From an uncultured Candidatus Rokubacteria bacterium (GTDB taxonomy: Bacteria > Methylomirabilota > Methylomirabilia > Rokubacteriales > CSP1-6): a stretch of DNA of 64,000 nt. Where the stretch lies: assembly GCA_963762145.1 (NCBI GenBank), contig CAVXJS010000009.1:822410-886409 (forward strand), in the 5' to 3' direction. Positions 11,419-22,660 of this stretch are shown one piece after another. The first letter of the stretch is position 1, and every line of letters begins with the position of its first letter. A program made the position numbers and the translations under genes. Under the pieces are notes generated by a model. It searched no databases. It saw only the letters and a list, made by a program, of their open reading frames with translations, and was not told where the DNA came from.

Positions 11419-13956
11419 GCGCCTTGTCTCGGCCGGACCGATTCGAGGGCCTCGAGGGTGACGGCGGTAGCCACGCCGCAGTCCACCACGGTCCGCACGA
11501 CAAGGAAACCGGAGGTGGAGGCGAGCGCCGCGGCGCGGCCCACGCTCCGTCGACCCCGGCCAAGGCCGCGAGCGACGCGAATAGGAGCGCGAGCGTCGCG
11601 ACGCCGCGCGAACAACGGGGCCACGACCGGAATCTCACGTACTGGGTGCCGGCGCCGTGGTCCTCGACCGCCATCAGGAGGCGGACCACCCCGAAAGACC
11701 CTCCCGGAATCTGGAGATCCCAGCGGTCGTAATCGCCGCCGCGCCGCCGTGACGCCTTCCGGAGCAGCGCCGACTCGATCGACCGAAGCCGCCGCTCGGG
11801 CTCCTCCCAGTTCGGAGTCCAGAGGCCCCGCCCGGGGCCACGGCATCGAGAATCAGCGGCCCGGGCGCGCCGCCACGGCGTGAGGCCCCGGCTCAGGCGG
11901 CCATGGAGGCGGGCGAGCGGCTGCAGCAAGTGGAGCACGGTGGTCAGCGCATACGCGGAAGCCGGGCACGGCGGATCGAGGTGCGTCGGCGAACCGCGCC
12001 CGCCCGGCGCGCGTCCGCGCCTGGACCACGAGCGTGCCGACTGCGAAAGCGAGGAGGGGCAGGGCGAGCAGCAGCGGCGCCCACAACGAGCCCGAGCAGT
12101 GAAACGGCGGCCAGGCCGAGCGATGCAGCAGGTACCACTCCGGCATATGAGGCAGCGAGCGAGCAGGCCTGACTGCCGGCTGGTACAGGGACTGGAACGG
12201 CGCGCTGCCCCAGATGCCGTGGTAGATGCGGCGCCGCGTCCGCGCGAGAAGCGGCGCGGGTCCGTTGCCGTACATGCGCCCGGCCCAGGCGCAGGTGGCC
12301 GACGCGCGTTGTATTTCTCCGGCCACTTCCGCTCGAGCATCGCCTCGGCCTCGCCGTAGCCGAGCTGCTGCTGCCAGTACGCGCGGACCGTGCTGCGGCG
12401 GTGGTGCCAGACGATCGCGCCGGGGCTGAAGCCGAGCGTCCAGCCGCGCTCCTGCAGCCGCCAGCAGACGTCGACGTCGTCGCCGGCGGTGCGGAACTGC
12501 GGGTCGAACCCGCCGATCGCCTCGCAGCGCCGTCCTTGCGGAACGCCATGTTGCAGCCGGGGATGTGCTCGGCCTCCGTGTCGGAGAGCAGCACGTGGAT
12601 CGGGCCGCCGGGCGCGTTGGCGACGCAGTCGGCGATCAGGCCGTCGCCGGGCGGCGGCGATGTTCGGCCCGCCGACGCCGGCGTGCGTCGTGCGTCATGA
12701 AGGTGCGCGGCGAGGTAGGTGCAGCCAGTGCGGATCGGGGTAGGCGTCGTCGTCGATGTAGGCGACGATCTCGCCGCGTCGCCGCCTCGCAGCCCGGTGT
12801 TGCGGGCGGTGCTCAGGCCCGCGGTTCTCGGTGCTGATCAGGCGGAACGCCGTACTCCCTGCGCGATCGCGGCCGTGTGCGTCGGTCGAGCCGTCGTCGA
12901 CGACGATCACCTCGAAGTCCGGGTAGTCCAGCTGCTGCAGCCCGTCGAGGCAGTCGCGGATGCGTGCGCGCGCCGTTGTAGCTGCAGACGACGACCGAGA
13001 TGCGCGGCCAGCGCCGGTCCGGCGGGAACGGCACCTCGGCGAAGGCGCTCGCGCACCGCGGCCAGCGCCGGCTTGGGCGCCGCTCGCGGTCGGTGAGGCC
13101 GAAGTCCCAGTCGTCGACGTCGGCGCCGCCGCGGTACCACTCGTCGGTCCAGGAGAACACGAACGCGCCGGCGCAGCCGGCCGCGAACGCGGTGCGCACC
13201 TGCCAGTCGAGCGACTCGCCTGCGCGTCCTCGCCGTTGCGGAGGCTGTCGAGCCCGAGCTCGCCCATGAGCAGCGGCCGATCGCCGGCGAGGTTCTGCAG
13301 CCGCGCAGGTAGGCCGTCGAGCCGCTCCGGCGCTCGAGGTAGACGTTGAAGCAGACGAAGTCGAGGAACGGCAGGTCGCAGGTACTCGGTGGACGGGTAG
13401 TTGACGTAGGTGACCAGTCCCGTCCGGGTCTTCGCTCCTTGACGACCCGATCCAGGCGCTCGAGGAAGCGCTCGACGCGCCGCGCCCGTGCCAGCGCACG
13501 ACGCGGCGCCGGGATCTCGTTGCCGATCGCGTAGCAGAGCAGGGCCGGATGCCCGCGCACGCGCGCACCTTGCGCGCACCGCGCCTCGATGTCCGGCGCG
13601 TCGTGCCGGTCGTCGAGGAACGCGACGTGCTGCTCCCCCGACAGGCCCACCATCACCCGCAGCGCCGTGGCGCTGCGCGATGTCGAGCAGCGAGCGCGGC
13701 GGCATGGTGTAGGATGCGCACGGCGTTGATGCCGTTCGTCGGCCATCGCGGCGAAGTCCCGCTCGATCTGCTGGGCGTCGTGGTATTCCGCGCCGTCGGC
13801 CGTCGGACGGAACGCGCCGTAGGTGACGCCGCGGATCCAGAGCTTCTCGTCGCCAACGTAGAGAAACTTTCCGCGGACGGAGGGCCGGACGGCATGCTGG
13901 GGCGAGGGCGCGGTTGGGCCGCTCCGCGATCCGAGATGTAGAGCCTTTGAACCCAT
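11415..13956 (-). CDS. Glycoside-hydrolase-like TIM barrel fused to GT2 with C-terminal TM segments (multiply frameshifted)
   Basis: IRGVTYG, YAIGNEIP, LVTYVNYPSTEYL, LLMGELGLDS; then ISVVVCSYNG, VVDDGSTD, YIDDDAYPD, EHIPGCNMAFRK. Confidence 0.75.
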
Positions 13957-14141
13957 TTCAGATTAAACCCGGAACGAGCACAAGGTCAGGGAAAATGTGG
14001 AAATAGTCAAGGGCCTAAAATCAATATGTTACGACGGCATGCGCCGCCACCCCGGGAACTCAAGTTCCTTGATTGGTGAATCTGGTTGCTCAGCTGTGAC
14101 AGAATCGCCCACCGAGTGAGCACGCCGGGGGGAGCCTATCG

Positions 14142-14855
14142 ATGAGCAACGGTAATGGGATCCTGCCGGGCAGGCGTATCGTACTGACGGGCGTCAGCCG
14201 TGGGATCGGGCTGGCGGTCGCGAGGCGATTGCTGGAGGAAGGGGCGGAGCTACTGGGAGTCGGCCGCACTCTCTCCCACCTGGCCCGGGCCCAGGTCGAA
14301 CTGGCCCGGTTCGGCTCCGCGCTTCAGTTGTTGCGTGCAGACGTGAGCACACCGGAGTCGGCCGAGTCGATTACGCGCGCGGTGGAGCAGCGCTGGGGGG
14401 CGCTCGACCTGCTCATCAACAACGCCGCCATCATGATTCGATCGCGATCATTCGAGGCGGAGGGGCCTTCGGATCTCGCGACAACCCTGGCGACGAATCT
14501 CCTTGCGCCTCATCGCCTCATCCTCGCGCTCTTGCCGCTCCTGCGACGAGGAAACCTGCCTCGCATCATCAACGTCTCCTCGGCGGCGGGCATGCTGGCG
14601 GACCGCGGAAGCGACTTTCCGTCCTACCGCCTCTCCAAGCTGGCCCTCAACCGACTGACCCTGCTGCTGGCCGACCAGCTGAAGGGTGAGGTATCCGTGC
14701 TGGCGCTCGATCCGGGCTGGGTGAAGACCGAGATGGGAGGTGACGACGCGCCCGACGAGGTTGAAGCCGCGGCGGAGAGAACGGTCGCCGCGGTCGTCGC
14801 ATCCCCTTCGCTCAGCGGGAAATTTCTCAAAGGTGCGACCGAGATGCCGTGGTAG
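14142..14855 (+). CDS. Short-chain dehydrogenase/reductase
   Basis: TGVSRGIG, LINNAA, NVSS, YRLSK (YxxxK), DPGWVKTEMGG. Confidence 0.9.
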   Translation: MSNGNGILPGRRIVLTGVSRGIGLAVARRLLEEGAELLGVGRTLSHLARAQVELARFGSALQLLRADVSTPESAESITRAVEQRWGALDLLINNAAIMIRSRSFEAEGPSDLATTLATNLLAPHRLILALLPLLRRGNLPRIINVSSAAGMLADRGSDFPSYRLSKLALNRLTLLLADQLKGEVSVLALDPGWVKTEMGGDDAPDEVEAAAERTVAAVVASPSLSGKFLKGATEMPW

Positions 14856-14865
14856 TAGAAAGTCC

Positions 14866-15744
14866 ATGCAGCGACCGGCGCTCCGGGCCCCCGATCTCAG
14901 CGTCATCATCCCCTGCCGGAACATGGGCACGACCATCGGCGCTCAGCTCGAGGCCCTGGCTCAACAGGCTTGGTCGCAGCCGTGGGAAGTCATCGTCTCC
15001 GACAATGGATCGAAGGATGACTCGGTCCAGGTCGTGCAGCGATACGCGGCCCGGTTGCCTCAATTGCGGCTCGTGTACTCATCCGACCGGCTTGGCGCCG
15101 CCCACGCGCGCAACGTCGGCGCCCGGGCCGCTACCGCACCCGCTCTGGCCTTCTGCGACGCGGACGACGAGGTGGGGACGGGTTGGCTGGCGGCGATGGG
15201 TAACGCACTTGCCCGGCACGATTTCGTTGCGTGCCGCCTCGACACCGGGACACTTAATCGGGAGTGGGTGCGCCATCCACAGGAGTACGGTCTCCAGGAG
15301 CTGTGGTATCCACCGTATCTCCCGGTGGCCGGGACGTGCGGCCTGGGTGTGAAACGCTGCCTGCACGAGGCGGTGGGAGGATTCGACACATCACTGCGGC
15401 GCCTCATGGACACGGACTACTGCGTGAGGATGCAGCTGAGGGGCACTCCGCTCGTATTCGTGGCTGATGCCGTCGTCCACTACCGTCACCGTGGAGGCAC
15501 CGGCATGACGTTCCAGCAGGCGCGCCTATGGGCGGAGCACAACGTGCTCATGTACAAACGCTACCGCGGGAGCCTGAGAGTGGCCCAGCCCTGGAAGCGG
15601 TACCTGATGGGTTGGCCGCGGTTGCTCCGGAGGTTGGCTGCGATTCGCCGAGAACAGGACCTGTACGAAGCAATCGGGAAACTGGGCTGGCAGCTGGGCC
15701 TACTCGTGGGCAGCCTGAAGCACAGAACCGCTCCGGTGCCCTGA
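14866..15744 (+). CDS. GT2 family glycosyltransferase
   Basis: SVIIPCRN, VSDNGSKD, AFCDADD, VGGFD. Confidence 0.85.
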   Translation: MQRPALRAPDLSVIIPCRNMGTTIGAQLEALAQQAWSQPWEVIVSDNGSKDDSVQVVQRYAARLPQLRLVYSSDRLGAAHARNVGARAATAPALAFCDADDEVGTGWLAAMGNALARHDFVACRLDTGTLNREWVRHPQEYGLQELWYPPYLPVAGTCGLGVKRCLHEAVGGFDTSLRRLMDTDYCVRMQLRGTPLVFVADAVVHYRHRGGTGMTFQQARLWAEHNVLMYKRYRGSLRVAQPWKRYLMGWPRLLRRLAAIRREQDLYEAIGKLGWQLGLLVGSLKHRTAPVP

Positions 15745-15766
15745 CCGGTCATCAGAGGACGAGCAA

Positions 15767-16768
15767 ATGGATCGCAGGGTCCAGCCCCTGGTCAGTGTGA
15801 TCACACCGGTCTACAACAGCGAGCGATACTTGCCGGAATGCATCGACAGTGTGCTGGCACAGACTTATGGTCACTGGGAGTACGTGATCGTCGACAATCG
15901 CAGCACCGACCGTTCTCTGGAGATCGCCGAGGGGTACGCACGGCGCGACGCGCGGATCCGCGTCCATCGAAACGCGCAGTTCATCAGCGTCTGGCAGAAT
16001 CACCACGTCGGGTTCCGACAGATGGCCCGGGAGAGCACGTACTGCAAAGTGGTGCATGCGGACGATTGGTTGTTCGCCGACTGCATCCGACAGATGGTCA
16101 CGGTCGGGGAAGACCATCCGTCGATCGGGATGGTCGGTGCCTACCGTCTCGACGGTGAATGGGTCGATCTGGGCGGTCTCCCATACCCGAGCACGATCAC
16201 GCCCGGCCAGGATATTTGCCGCCGGACGCTGCTGCGGTGGGCCTACGCGTTCGGGTCGCCGAGCTCGCTACTCATCCGGGCCGATTGCATTCGGGGGCGG
16301 GAGGACTTCTACGATGAAGGACGCTTCCCTCGGCACGCGGACCTGGCAGCGTGCTACGAAACCTTGCAAAGGTGGGACTTCGGCTTGTCCACCAGAGTTC
16401 TGACGTACATCCGGAGGCCTGTCGAAGCGCTGACCTCCTTCAATCGGATGGTCAACAGCCACTTGGCCGAGGGCGTGGCGATGCTGAGGCAGTATGGTCC
16501 GGTCTTTCTGGATCGGGCGGAGTGTGAGCAGAGTCTGGATCAGTGGATGAAGTCGTATCGACGATTTCTGGGCAGGAGCATGCTGCGGCGACACGGCAAG
16601 CCATTCTGGGACTATCACCGAGCGATGCTGGACACCCTGGGCTGCCACCACAGTCGGGCCAGACTCCTGGGGGCTTTGCTTTCTGACGCGCTTGATGCCG
16701 TGGTGTCTCCCGCGAGAGCCGTGTGCAGGAGGCTCGTGTCTGGCAAGACTCCGGCTCGCAACCCTTGA
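15767..16768 (+). CDS. GT2 family glycosyltransferase
   Basis: VSVITPVYNSERYL, IVDNRSTD, VHADDW. Confidence 0.85.
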   Translation: MDRRVQPLVSVITPVYNSERYLPECIDSVLAQTYGHWEYVIVDNRSTDRSLEIAEGYARRDARIRVHRNAQFISVWQNHHVGFRQMARESTYCKVVHADDWLFADCIRQMVTVGEDHPSIGMVGAYRLDGEWVDLGGLPYPSTITPGQDICRRTLLRWAYAFGSPSSLLIRADCIRGREDFYDEGRFPRHADLAACYETLQRWDFGLSTRVLTYIRRPVEALTSFNRMVNSHLAEGVAMLRQYGPVFLDRAECEQSLDQWMKSYRRFLGRSMLRRHGKPFWDYHRAMLDTLGCHHSRARLLGALLSDALDAVVSPARAVCRRLVSGKTPARNP

Positions 16769-17200
16769 AGCCGGCGAACGGAACCGCCGCTCTCAAGACG
16801 CTTCTCAAGGTCCTCGGCGTGAGTGTTGTCATCTTAGCTGTCGCCGAATCGGCAGTACGGTTGGCCTATTACGTCAGGAACTCCATGGTGGATACGTCCC
16901 CCTTCCGTATATGCTTCCGCGCGCGGAGGGGCCGATCCCTCCGTGGCGCGATCAACTCTCGATCATGGCCCGTGATGACGTCATTCTGCGGAAGTACAAG
17001 CCCCATAGCCGGCGAAAGTACCTGAGCATCTTCGGTCCGGCTGACAGCGTCGAGCTGCTCCGCGCCATCTTTCGCGAATTCATTCCGAGCGCCCGCCCGG
17101 CCTGGCGACCGGACCCGTATGGGAAACGTCCTTGAACGCTGACGGATTCCGCGATGACGAGTTCGTGCGCGAGAAGCCGCCGACCGCCTTTCGGATCAGC
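16765..17200 (+). pseudogene. Membrane-anchored SGNH-hydrolase-type protein, truncated by the IS91-like element
   Basis: N-terminal TM ending AESAVR; LNADGFRDDEFVREKPPTAFRI stops where the LGDS motif would be expected. Confidence 0.5.
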
Positions 17201-19330
17201 GCGTAGGAAACACTAGCACGCTCCGGCGGCGTCCGCCCCCCCCGTGGCCTCCCTCCCGGCGACATAATCTCCCAGGCTCGGACGCGGAACGCCGCAGGAG
17301 CCGATGCCACAGTGCACATCAGCGCCCTTCTCGCGGGTCGAGCGAGCCGGCCCGGGTGAGCGACATGCTAGGCCAGACAGACCGCCGCCGTCAATCGACC
17401 GGTGGACCGGCCGAATCAGCACAAATGCCACCTCGCGGCGCCAGCACGACGGCGTCCGCCGCGCCCGTGACCCGATCCGATCAGGACGCGGCGGCGCCGG
17501 ACTCGGGAGGGGCGGGGCCGGGACTCTGCCCCGAGCGGCGAGGGCGAGGTGCGCGAGGATCTTCCGGATGACCGCGGGATCGTGCAGCGTGGCGATCAGC
17601 CGTAGGCGGCCTCCACAATGGGCACACGCCAACACGTCGATGCCGAACGCCCGGTGCATCAGGGCCGCCCAGCTCCAGGCGCGCGGACTGGCGGTCTTCA
17701 CCCCCGTGCCGTCCGGACCTGCGGCCAGCGGCGCCGTCGAGGCCGTGGGCTCGGGCACCGCGCCGGCCATAGACGACCACTCGCGCGCGCCACCGGGCGC
17801 GCGGGGCCAACACGCCATGGCAAATCAGCAAGTTGGTTTCCGGCCGCGGCGTCATCGCCGCCAGACGCTCCAGGAACTCCAGCGGCTCGAAGACCAGCTC
17901 TCGCGTCCCGTCGTGCCACGCCCTCTTCAGCTCCAGCGCGACGCGGCCGTCGCCCCGCAGCCGCAGCCGCTCCTGCGCGAAGGGCGGACGCAAGACGTAG
18001 CGGCACAGCCGCTCCAGCCCCGCCCGATCGTTCGCCGACACCCACACGTTGGCGTGCAGGTCGAACCCCTCCAGGTGCGCCTGCCGCGGCCCGCGCGACA
18101 TCATGGCCTCTGCGTCGCGCGCGTCCCGAGCCGCCGCACCCGCGCCCCCGCGCGCGAGCCCAGCGCCACCCGCCCCTGCACCGACGCGCCCACCATCCCC
18201 GCCAGCAGCGGCGACTCGTCCGCGAGCCGGATCCGCCGGCCCCGCGCGTCGTCCTCGGGCGCCAGCCCGCGGCGTACCAGCAGCCGCCGCACCCGCGGGC
18301 GGATCGTCGCGAGCGCTGCCGCCACCTCGGCGTCGCTCGGGCCCGGCGCCGGATGAAACTCCAGCCCGCCCCCGCCCGCCTCGCAAAACACCCCATCCAG
18401 CACGAGGGTATGAAAATGCGGATTCACGTTCCGCCGCTGCCTCCGCGCTGCATCACCGTAACGCTGCCGGTCCGCCCACCCGCATGCCGCGCGCCCGGGC
18501 GCCGCGCGCATAGACGTCCAGCAGCACGCGCGTGTACACCCGCAGCACCGCCCGGCTCAACCCGTGGTTCCACGCCATCCGGTAGCGCAGCCGGTACGGA
18601 ACCGTCAGCACCCACTGCCGCACCGGGACCCACGGCAGCACCGCGTCGACCAGATGCGCGGCCCGCTCCGTCATCCGCCGGCCGCCGCAGCTCGGACACC
18701 ACCCCCGGCCTTTACACGAAAACGGCACCAGGTGCTCGCGCCCGCAGCCCTCGCACTGAAACCGCGCCACGCCGTGCTTCGAACACCCCGCACCGCAGAA
18801 ACTCCCGGAACTCCCGCTCGACGAACTGCGGCAGGCCCGCGCCGTCGCCGGCCTCCGCCACCGCGCGCAGGAAGGTCTCCAGATGCTCGGCGATGACCTG
18901 GTGCAGCACGGTGTGCTCGGCGTCTCGGGGCGCCGGTAGACCGCCGGCTGGAGGGCCATGGCCCCCCAGGTGGGGTGACGGCGCCTACTGGGACAATGCT
19001 GAGAGAGTGATACGCCGATCAGGGTGGGGATGGCGGCGGCCGAACCGCTGCCGGCGGTGCGTCTACGTTCCGGAACGGTGGGGAGGGCGGCCTCGCGCGC
19101 GCGGCGATTGCGTGGTATGACCCGGGGAGGGCAGTGGTTTGTGTGTCCTTGGCGTCTGGCCGGAGCGGCATGGTCCTCCCCGCCTCCAGAGCACATCGAG
19201 CTTCTGGGGTAGCCCAGGCAGTGCGCAGGGAACGTCAGCGGCGCATGTTTCAGTGGCGTGCTGTTGTCGAGCTGGCGTCGACCGCACAGGTTCTGACACA
19301 TTTGGTGAACACGTGGTCGTGACTGAAACA
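17201..19330 (-). mobile_element. IS91-family (rolling-circle) element; upstream boundary uncertain
   Basis: Y2 transposase gene; oriIS-like end ..GTGTTTCCTACGC at ~17201 abuts the truncated gene. Confidence 0.65.
17481..18959 (-). CDS. IS91-family transposase (Zn-binding + Y2 HUH domain), frameshifted
   Basis: [39 protein letters not shown] (HUH), [40 protein letters not shown]. Confidence 0.9.
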
Positions 19331-19383
19331 CGGATTTAGATCGGGATCTCGAAGCAGAAGCTCAGCGACCTGTTTGCCGGCAA

Positions 19384-19407
19384 GTGGTTGCAGGCCCCTG
19401 CAACCAC
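19384..19407. repeat. Perfect 11-bp inverted repeat, att-site-like
   Basis: GTGGTTGCAGG-CC-CCTGCAACCAC. Confidence 0.8.
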
Positions 19408-19469
19408 CGACATTGACCGCCAGCGCCCCCTAGACGATCGAGCCCTCACTTCCGGCCGCGGTTGCATGC

Positions 19470-19810
19470 TTACGATTCGCGGTCCGCGGGATCCTCGGCG
19501 TCGCCAGACCGTGATTCCGCAGGGGCGGACTCGCGCTCGTTCTGTAGCACAACGCTGTAGGGCTCGCCGCAGTCCGGACACATGAGCTCCGGCACGGCCA
19601 GCGGCCGGTAGAAGGTCGCGCCACATTCGCTGCAGGTTTCCTTCGAGAGCGCGCGACGCAGGATCTGCGACATCATGGCGAGGGTGTAAACCGGGGCGTC
19701 CAGCGCCGGTGACGCCTCGCCCGCGAGCACGCGATGCACGGTGGAGCGGGAGACGCGGAGGCGTCGCGCAATCTCCGCTTTCTGCACTCCCTGACGGGCG
19801 TGAGCATGGG
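19470..19810 (-). CDS. Small HTH segment followed by a CxxC..CxxC zinc-ribbon segment (one or two genes)
   Basis: GVQKAEIARRLRVSRSTVHRVL; CSECG..CPDCG. Confidence 0.5.
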
Positions 19811-19997
19811 CCACTCTCCTTACGCTACTCCCTCGGGGTAGGGGTCGTTGTCGCAATGCGACGGATTTTGAGTCGCGTTCGCGCCGATTGTGCGGCGCGT
19901 TTGCACCGCTTGTCGGTCAGGTCGACGACGAATGGGACACGGGCTGGGCGAATGTGGAACGGGTTTGGCGCAGAGGTGCCGCGGCTCAACCCGTCGG

Positions 19998-20324
19998 TCA
20001 TCGGGTGTCACCCTCCTGCTCCAGATTGGACCGTTCATCACCTGCGCCCGGCCGGGGCGGCCTGGCGCTGGTGGAGGGCGGCCGTGGGGTCGAGGTTCCC
20101 CGGGGTGGGTCGATCGACCGCGCGCGGGTCTCGACGCGGTGAGCCTGGAGATACTGTTCGAGATCGTCCCGGTCGAGGACGATCCGGCGCCCGACGCGGT
20201 AGTAGGGCAGCCGGCGTTGTCGGATCAAGGAGCGGACCATATAGACGGACACGCCCAGGACGGGCGCGGCCTGTCCCACCGAGAGGCGGCGCGCTTGCCT
20301 GCGCGGCGTGATCACCGTCGGCAT
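19998..20324 (-). CDS. Excisionase-like HTH_17 DNA-binding protein
   Basis: LSVGQAAPVLGVSVYMVRSLIRQRRLPYYRVGRRIVLDRDDLEQYL. Confidence 0.8.
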   Translation of the reverse strand: MPTVITPRRQARRLSVGQAAPVLGVSVYMVRSLIRQRRLPYYRVGRRIVLDRDDLEQYLQAHRVETRARSIDPPRGTSTPRPPSTSARPPRPGAGDERSNLEQEGDTR

Positions 20325-20421
20325 CCCCCTCTTTGCCGCATGTTGCTGCTTGCATTGAAACAGATTCCTAGATATACAGTGAGTCGCCTTAGCGTATACC
20401 CATTAAGGTGCGGGGAGGCGC

Positions 20422-21315
20422 ATGCACGCGAGCATCAAGACACGCCGCGCAGGGCCGGGTCTGTCGGGCGAGGACTGGTGGACGGCCTTCGAGCTGGAGT
20501 GGCCCCGACCCGGCTATCGGATCTGGATCCCCCACGGGTCGTCGGGAGGCGCTCTGGCGGCCCTCCCAGCGCGCCACGTGCGGATCGGGCAGCCCACACC
20601 TCCTGCGCCTTGGGCGTGGGCGCGACACGAGGCCCCCGTGGGAGATTCCGTCTATGGACGCCCTCTCGGCGTGGTCGAGTCCCTCGGCTGGCGAGACCGT
20701 GAGCGTCTTCACCCTGGGCTGGCCGGCGGGCGGCCTCTTCGTCCCAGAGGACGGCAGCGCCTCCCCGCACCTATCGGCCGCTCCCCATCGCGGCCACGAT
20801 CCTGCTCGATGCCCAAGATGTAGCCCCGGACGATCCGAGGCGCTGCTGCGGTTCGTCAACCGATGGGGACGCCGGCGTCGGCATCCCGGGGGACGAGCCT
20901 TTGAGGCCGACGGCGTCGTCCGAACCGGTGAGTGCCTGCGCGAACTGATCGGCTGGGTTGCGACGCTCCATGCCCTCCAACACAAGCAGCCCACCACGGC
21001 GACCTGGCCGGCCTTGGCCGCCCTCTTCGAGACAAGCTCGGCGGCGTGCAGTTCGGCGCTCAGCCGGCACGCCAGGGCCTGGTCCCGCTGTTTCCCCTTC
21101 GGCGGCTCCTGGATGCCCTCTACCTGGAACTCTGGGGGCTGGCGACGGGGGCGAAGCGGCTGCGGCAATGCCGGCGCTGCGCGCACTTCTTCATCCGGGG
21201 GCGGAGGATCGAGATCTTCTGCACGGGCCGGTGTGCCCGGCTCTGGCACGTCAAGCGGTGGAAGCAGCGCGCGCGGCAGCAACGGAGATCACGTCGTCAC
21301 AGGGAGGGCAGCTAA
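20422..21315 (+). CDS. Hypothetical protein with C-terminal CGNR-like zinc finger (frameshifted)
   Basis: LRQCRRCAHFFIRGRRIEIFCTGRCARLWHVKRWKQR; ALLRFVNRWG. Confidence 0.5.
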
Positions 21316-22384
21316 TGGCGGTCAAGCGCACACGGACGGGCTATCAGCTCTGGTGGTATGACAGCGACGGGCGGTTCAGAAAGCGCACCTTCCGGGGGAT
21401 CGGCCGGGACGAAGCCGTCCGCATCGAGCGGAAATCCTCGCCGCGCGCGATCGGGGCGAGCGCCCGCCGGATGAGCGACACGCGCCGTCCTTTGCCGCCT
21501 TCGCCGCGGCGTGGCTCGACGAGTGCCGCTCCGGATGGAAGGCGCCGACGCTGGCCCAGTATCAGCAGATCCTGAAGTCGCAGCTCCTGCCCGTCGTCGG
21601 GCGCTCCGGGTGAGCGCGATCACGGAATCGCGAATCCGTCAGCGATCACGGGCTGCGCGATACCGGACTGTCCGCGCGCCGCACCAACCTCACGCTGCTC
21701 GTGCTCAAGATGATCCTGCGCACGGCGCTGCGCCGGCGCTACCTCCGCGACGACCCGACCGAGACCATCCGCTCGCTGCGGGAGCCCCGGACGGAGGTCG
21801 ATCCGCTCGACCCGGACGAGGTGACCGCCTTTCTGGCGGCGTGCCCGGCCTGGTGGCGGCCGTACTTCACGGTCGCCTTCTCAGGGGCCCGGCAGAACGA
21901 ACTGGCGGCGCTGCGATGGGGCGACGTCGACGGGGGCCGTGGCGTCGTCCGCATCCGGCGCGGGCCGCTATCGCGGGAAGGAGGGCCCCCCCAAAACGGC
22001 CACAGCGTGCGGGATATCAACCTGTCGCCGCCCGTGCTCGACGCCCTCAAGGCCCAGAAGGCGCAGCAGGCGGCTGAGCGGCTCAAAGCCGGCCGGGGAG
22101 CGCCCGAGCCGGGCCAGGATTACGTGTTCACGGGGCCGGAAAGCGGCCTGCTGAACGTGAACGCCCTCCGAGACCGGACCTGGTACCCGACACTCACCCA
22201 GGCGGGCCTGCGCCGCCGCATCATGTACCAGACCCGGCACACCTTCGCGTCGAACGCCCTGGCCGCGGGCAAAGCGCCGTCGTGGGTGGCCGCGATGCTC
22301 GGGCATGCGAGCCCCGAGATGCTCTTCCGCGTGTACGCGCGCTACATCCCGAACCGGACCGCCGCGACGGCAGCGCGCTGCTGA
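21315..22384 (+). CDS. Tyrosine recombinase/integrase (frameshifted N-terminal half)
   Basis: SGARQNELAALRWGDVD, YQTRHTFAS, MLGHASPEMLFRVYARY; next to the tRNA 3' end. Confidence 0.88.
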
Positions 22385-22511
22385 GCCGGATGACGGAGCG
22401 GAAGGACGCGGGACGCAACCGAGGTCGCGGGCGCTGCCGTACTCCCGAAATACTCCCGGTGAGACCGCGCGCTTCCGGGTAGACTCGGCTGGTCGATGCC
22501 TTACAGATCAG

Positions 22512-22596
<85 letters not shown>

Positions 22597-22660
22597 GCCA
22601 GCGAGCAGAAAGTATGCCGTCGGGCCGCGTTCCTGTCAATGAACGCGTGCGGCCCGCTCG

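Noticed and set aside
4408-13956. Programmed frameshifting in the glycan cluster
   Set aside because: The shifts are numerous and scattered with no consistent slippery sites, which fits long-read indels.
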